Assembly (NCBI GenBank): GCA_963702425.1
Contig: CAVPCQ010000019.1
Location: 64,001 to 128,000, forward strand
Reading direction: 5' to 3'
DNA from: an uncultured Acidobacteriota bacterium
Lineage (GTDB): Bacteria; Acidobacteriota; Polarisedimenticolia; J045
DNA length: 64,000 bases
Below are positions 63,473-64,000 of the stretch, piece after piece. How positions within the stretch are numbered: the stretch's first letter is position 1; each line of letters starts with the position of its first letter. The notes under the pieces are model-generated. The model saw only the letters and a program-made list of their open reading frames with translations, made no database searches and was not told the DNA's origin. A program made the position numbers and the translations under genes.

Positions 63473-64000
63473 ACTGTGACAACGGCCCGGCCTTTTCCTC
63501 CCAGTACCTGGCCGAGACCTGTGCCCGGATCGGCGTCACGCTGCTGCACTCCGAGCCCTACGACGCCCCCTCGCGCGGCAAGATCGAGCGCTTCTTCCGC
63601 ACCGTCCGCCTGCGCTTCCTGCCGCTCGTCACCGACGACGAGCTCGTCGGGCTCGAGACACTCCAGGAGCGCTTCGAGCGCTGGCTGCGCGACGACTACC
63701 ACTTCAAGCGCCACAACGGCATCGGCATGAAGCCGATCGACCGCTATCTCGCCGGCGCCCAGGAAACCCTCGTCGAGCGCCTCGCCCCCGAAGAACTCGA
63801 CCACGCCTTCATGGGACGCCTCGTCCGCGTCGTCCGCAACGACGCCACCGTCAAGATCGACGGCACCTTCTACGAGGTCCCGCCCGACTTCATCGGCGCC
63901 CGCGCCGACCTGCGCTTTCCCGTCGGACGGCCCGACGAGCTCTTCCTCTACCAGGACGACCGCCCGGTCGGACCGATCAAGCCGGTCGATCCGGCCCACA
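63473..64000 (+). pseudogene. 3' part of the interrupted DDE transposase; runs off the window
   Basis: CDNGPAFSS…HSEPYDAPSRGKIERFFRTVR…RVVRNDATVKIDGTFYEVP continues the frame of 59261..59961. Confidence 0.85.

Larger units (their letters stand above)
59955..63479 (-). mobile_element. RIT element (three tandem tyrosine recombinases)
   Basis: Three overlapping integrase ORFs; terminal inverted repeats; ACTGTGA duplicated at 59955-59961 and 63473-63479. Confidence 0.9.

Overview
High-GC bacterial chromosomal window; an Acidobacteriota-like origin is an inference only. Scattered 1-bp frameshifts suggest an unpolished long-read or metagenome assembly. From left to right: (1) a ~15.9 kb gene for a secreted ~5,300-aa subtilisin-family (S8) protease with five 1,881-bp tandem modules, split by one homopolymer frameshift; (2) a SAM-cycle/methionine locus: SahR-type regulator, ahcY, and a split cobalamin methionine-synthase set lacking a folate-binding module; its non-pyrrolysine MttB-family partner is displaced by a ~10 kb sulfatase/secreted-protein island flanked by a diverged copy of the mttB 3' end; (3) a sigma54 two-component system next to a secreted Kelch protein with a clear -24/-12 promoter; (4) a compact candidate RiPP system: a 62-aa precursor with a YxxPxV RRE-binding motif and a (Gly-His)n tail, an HPr-kinase-like enzyme and a stand-alone PqqD/RRE protein, with no cyclase or peptidase in the window; (5) an accessory region with a carboxyltransferase and surface-polysaccharide genes, plus nested IS701/IS66/ISL3/IS21/ISAzo13 debris; (6) a RIT (recombinase-in-trio) element with 103-bp perfect inverted ends, inserted into a catalytic Asp codon of a DDE transposase. 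No rRNA, tRNA or CRISPR array was seen.
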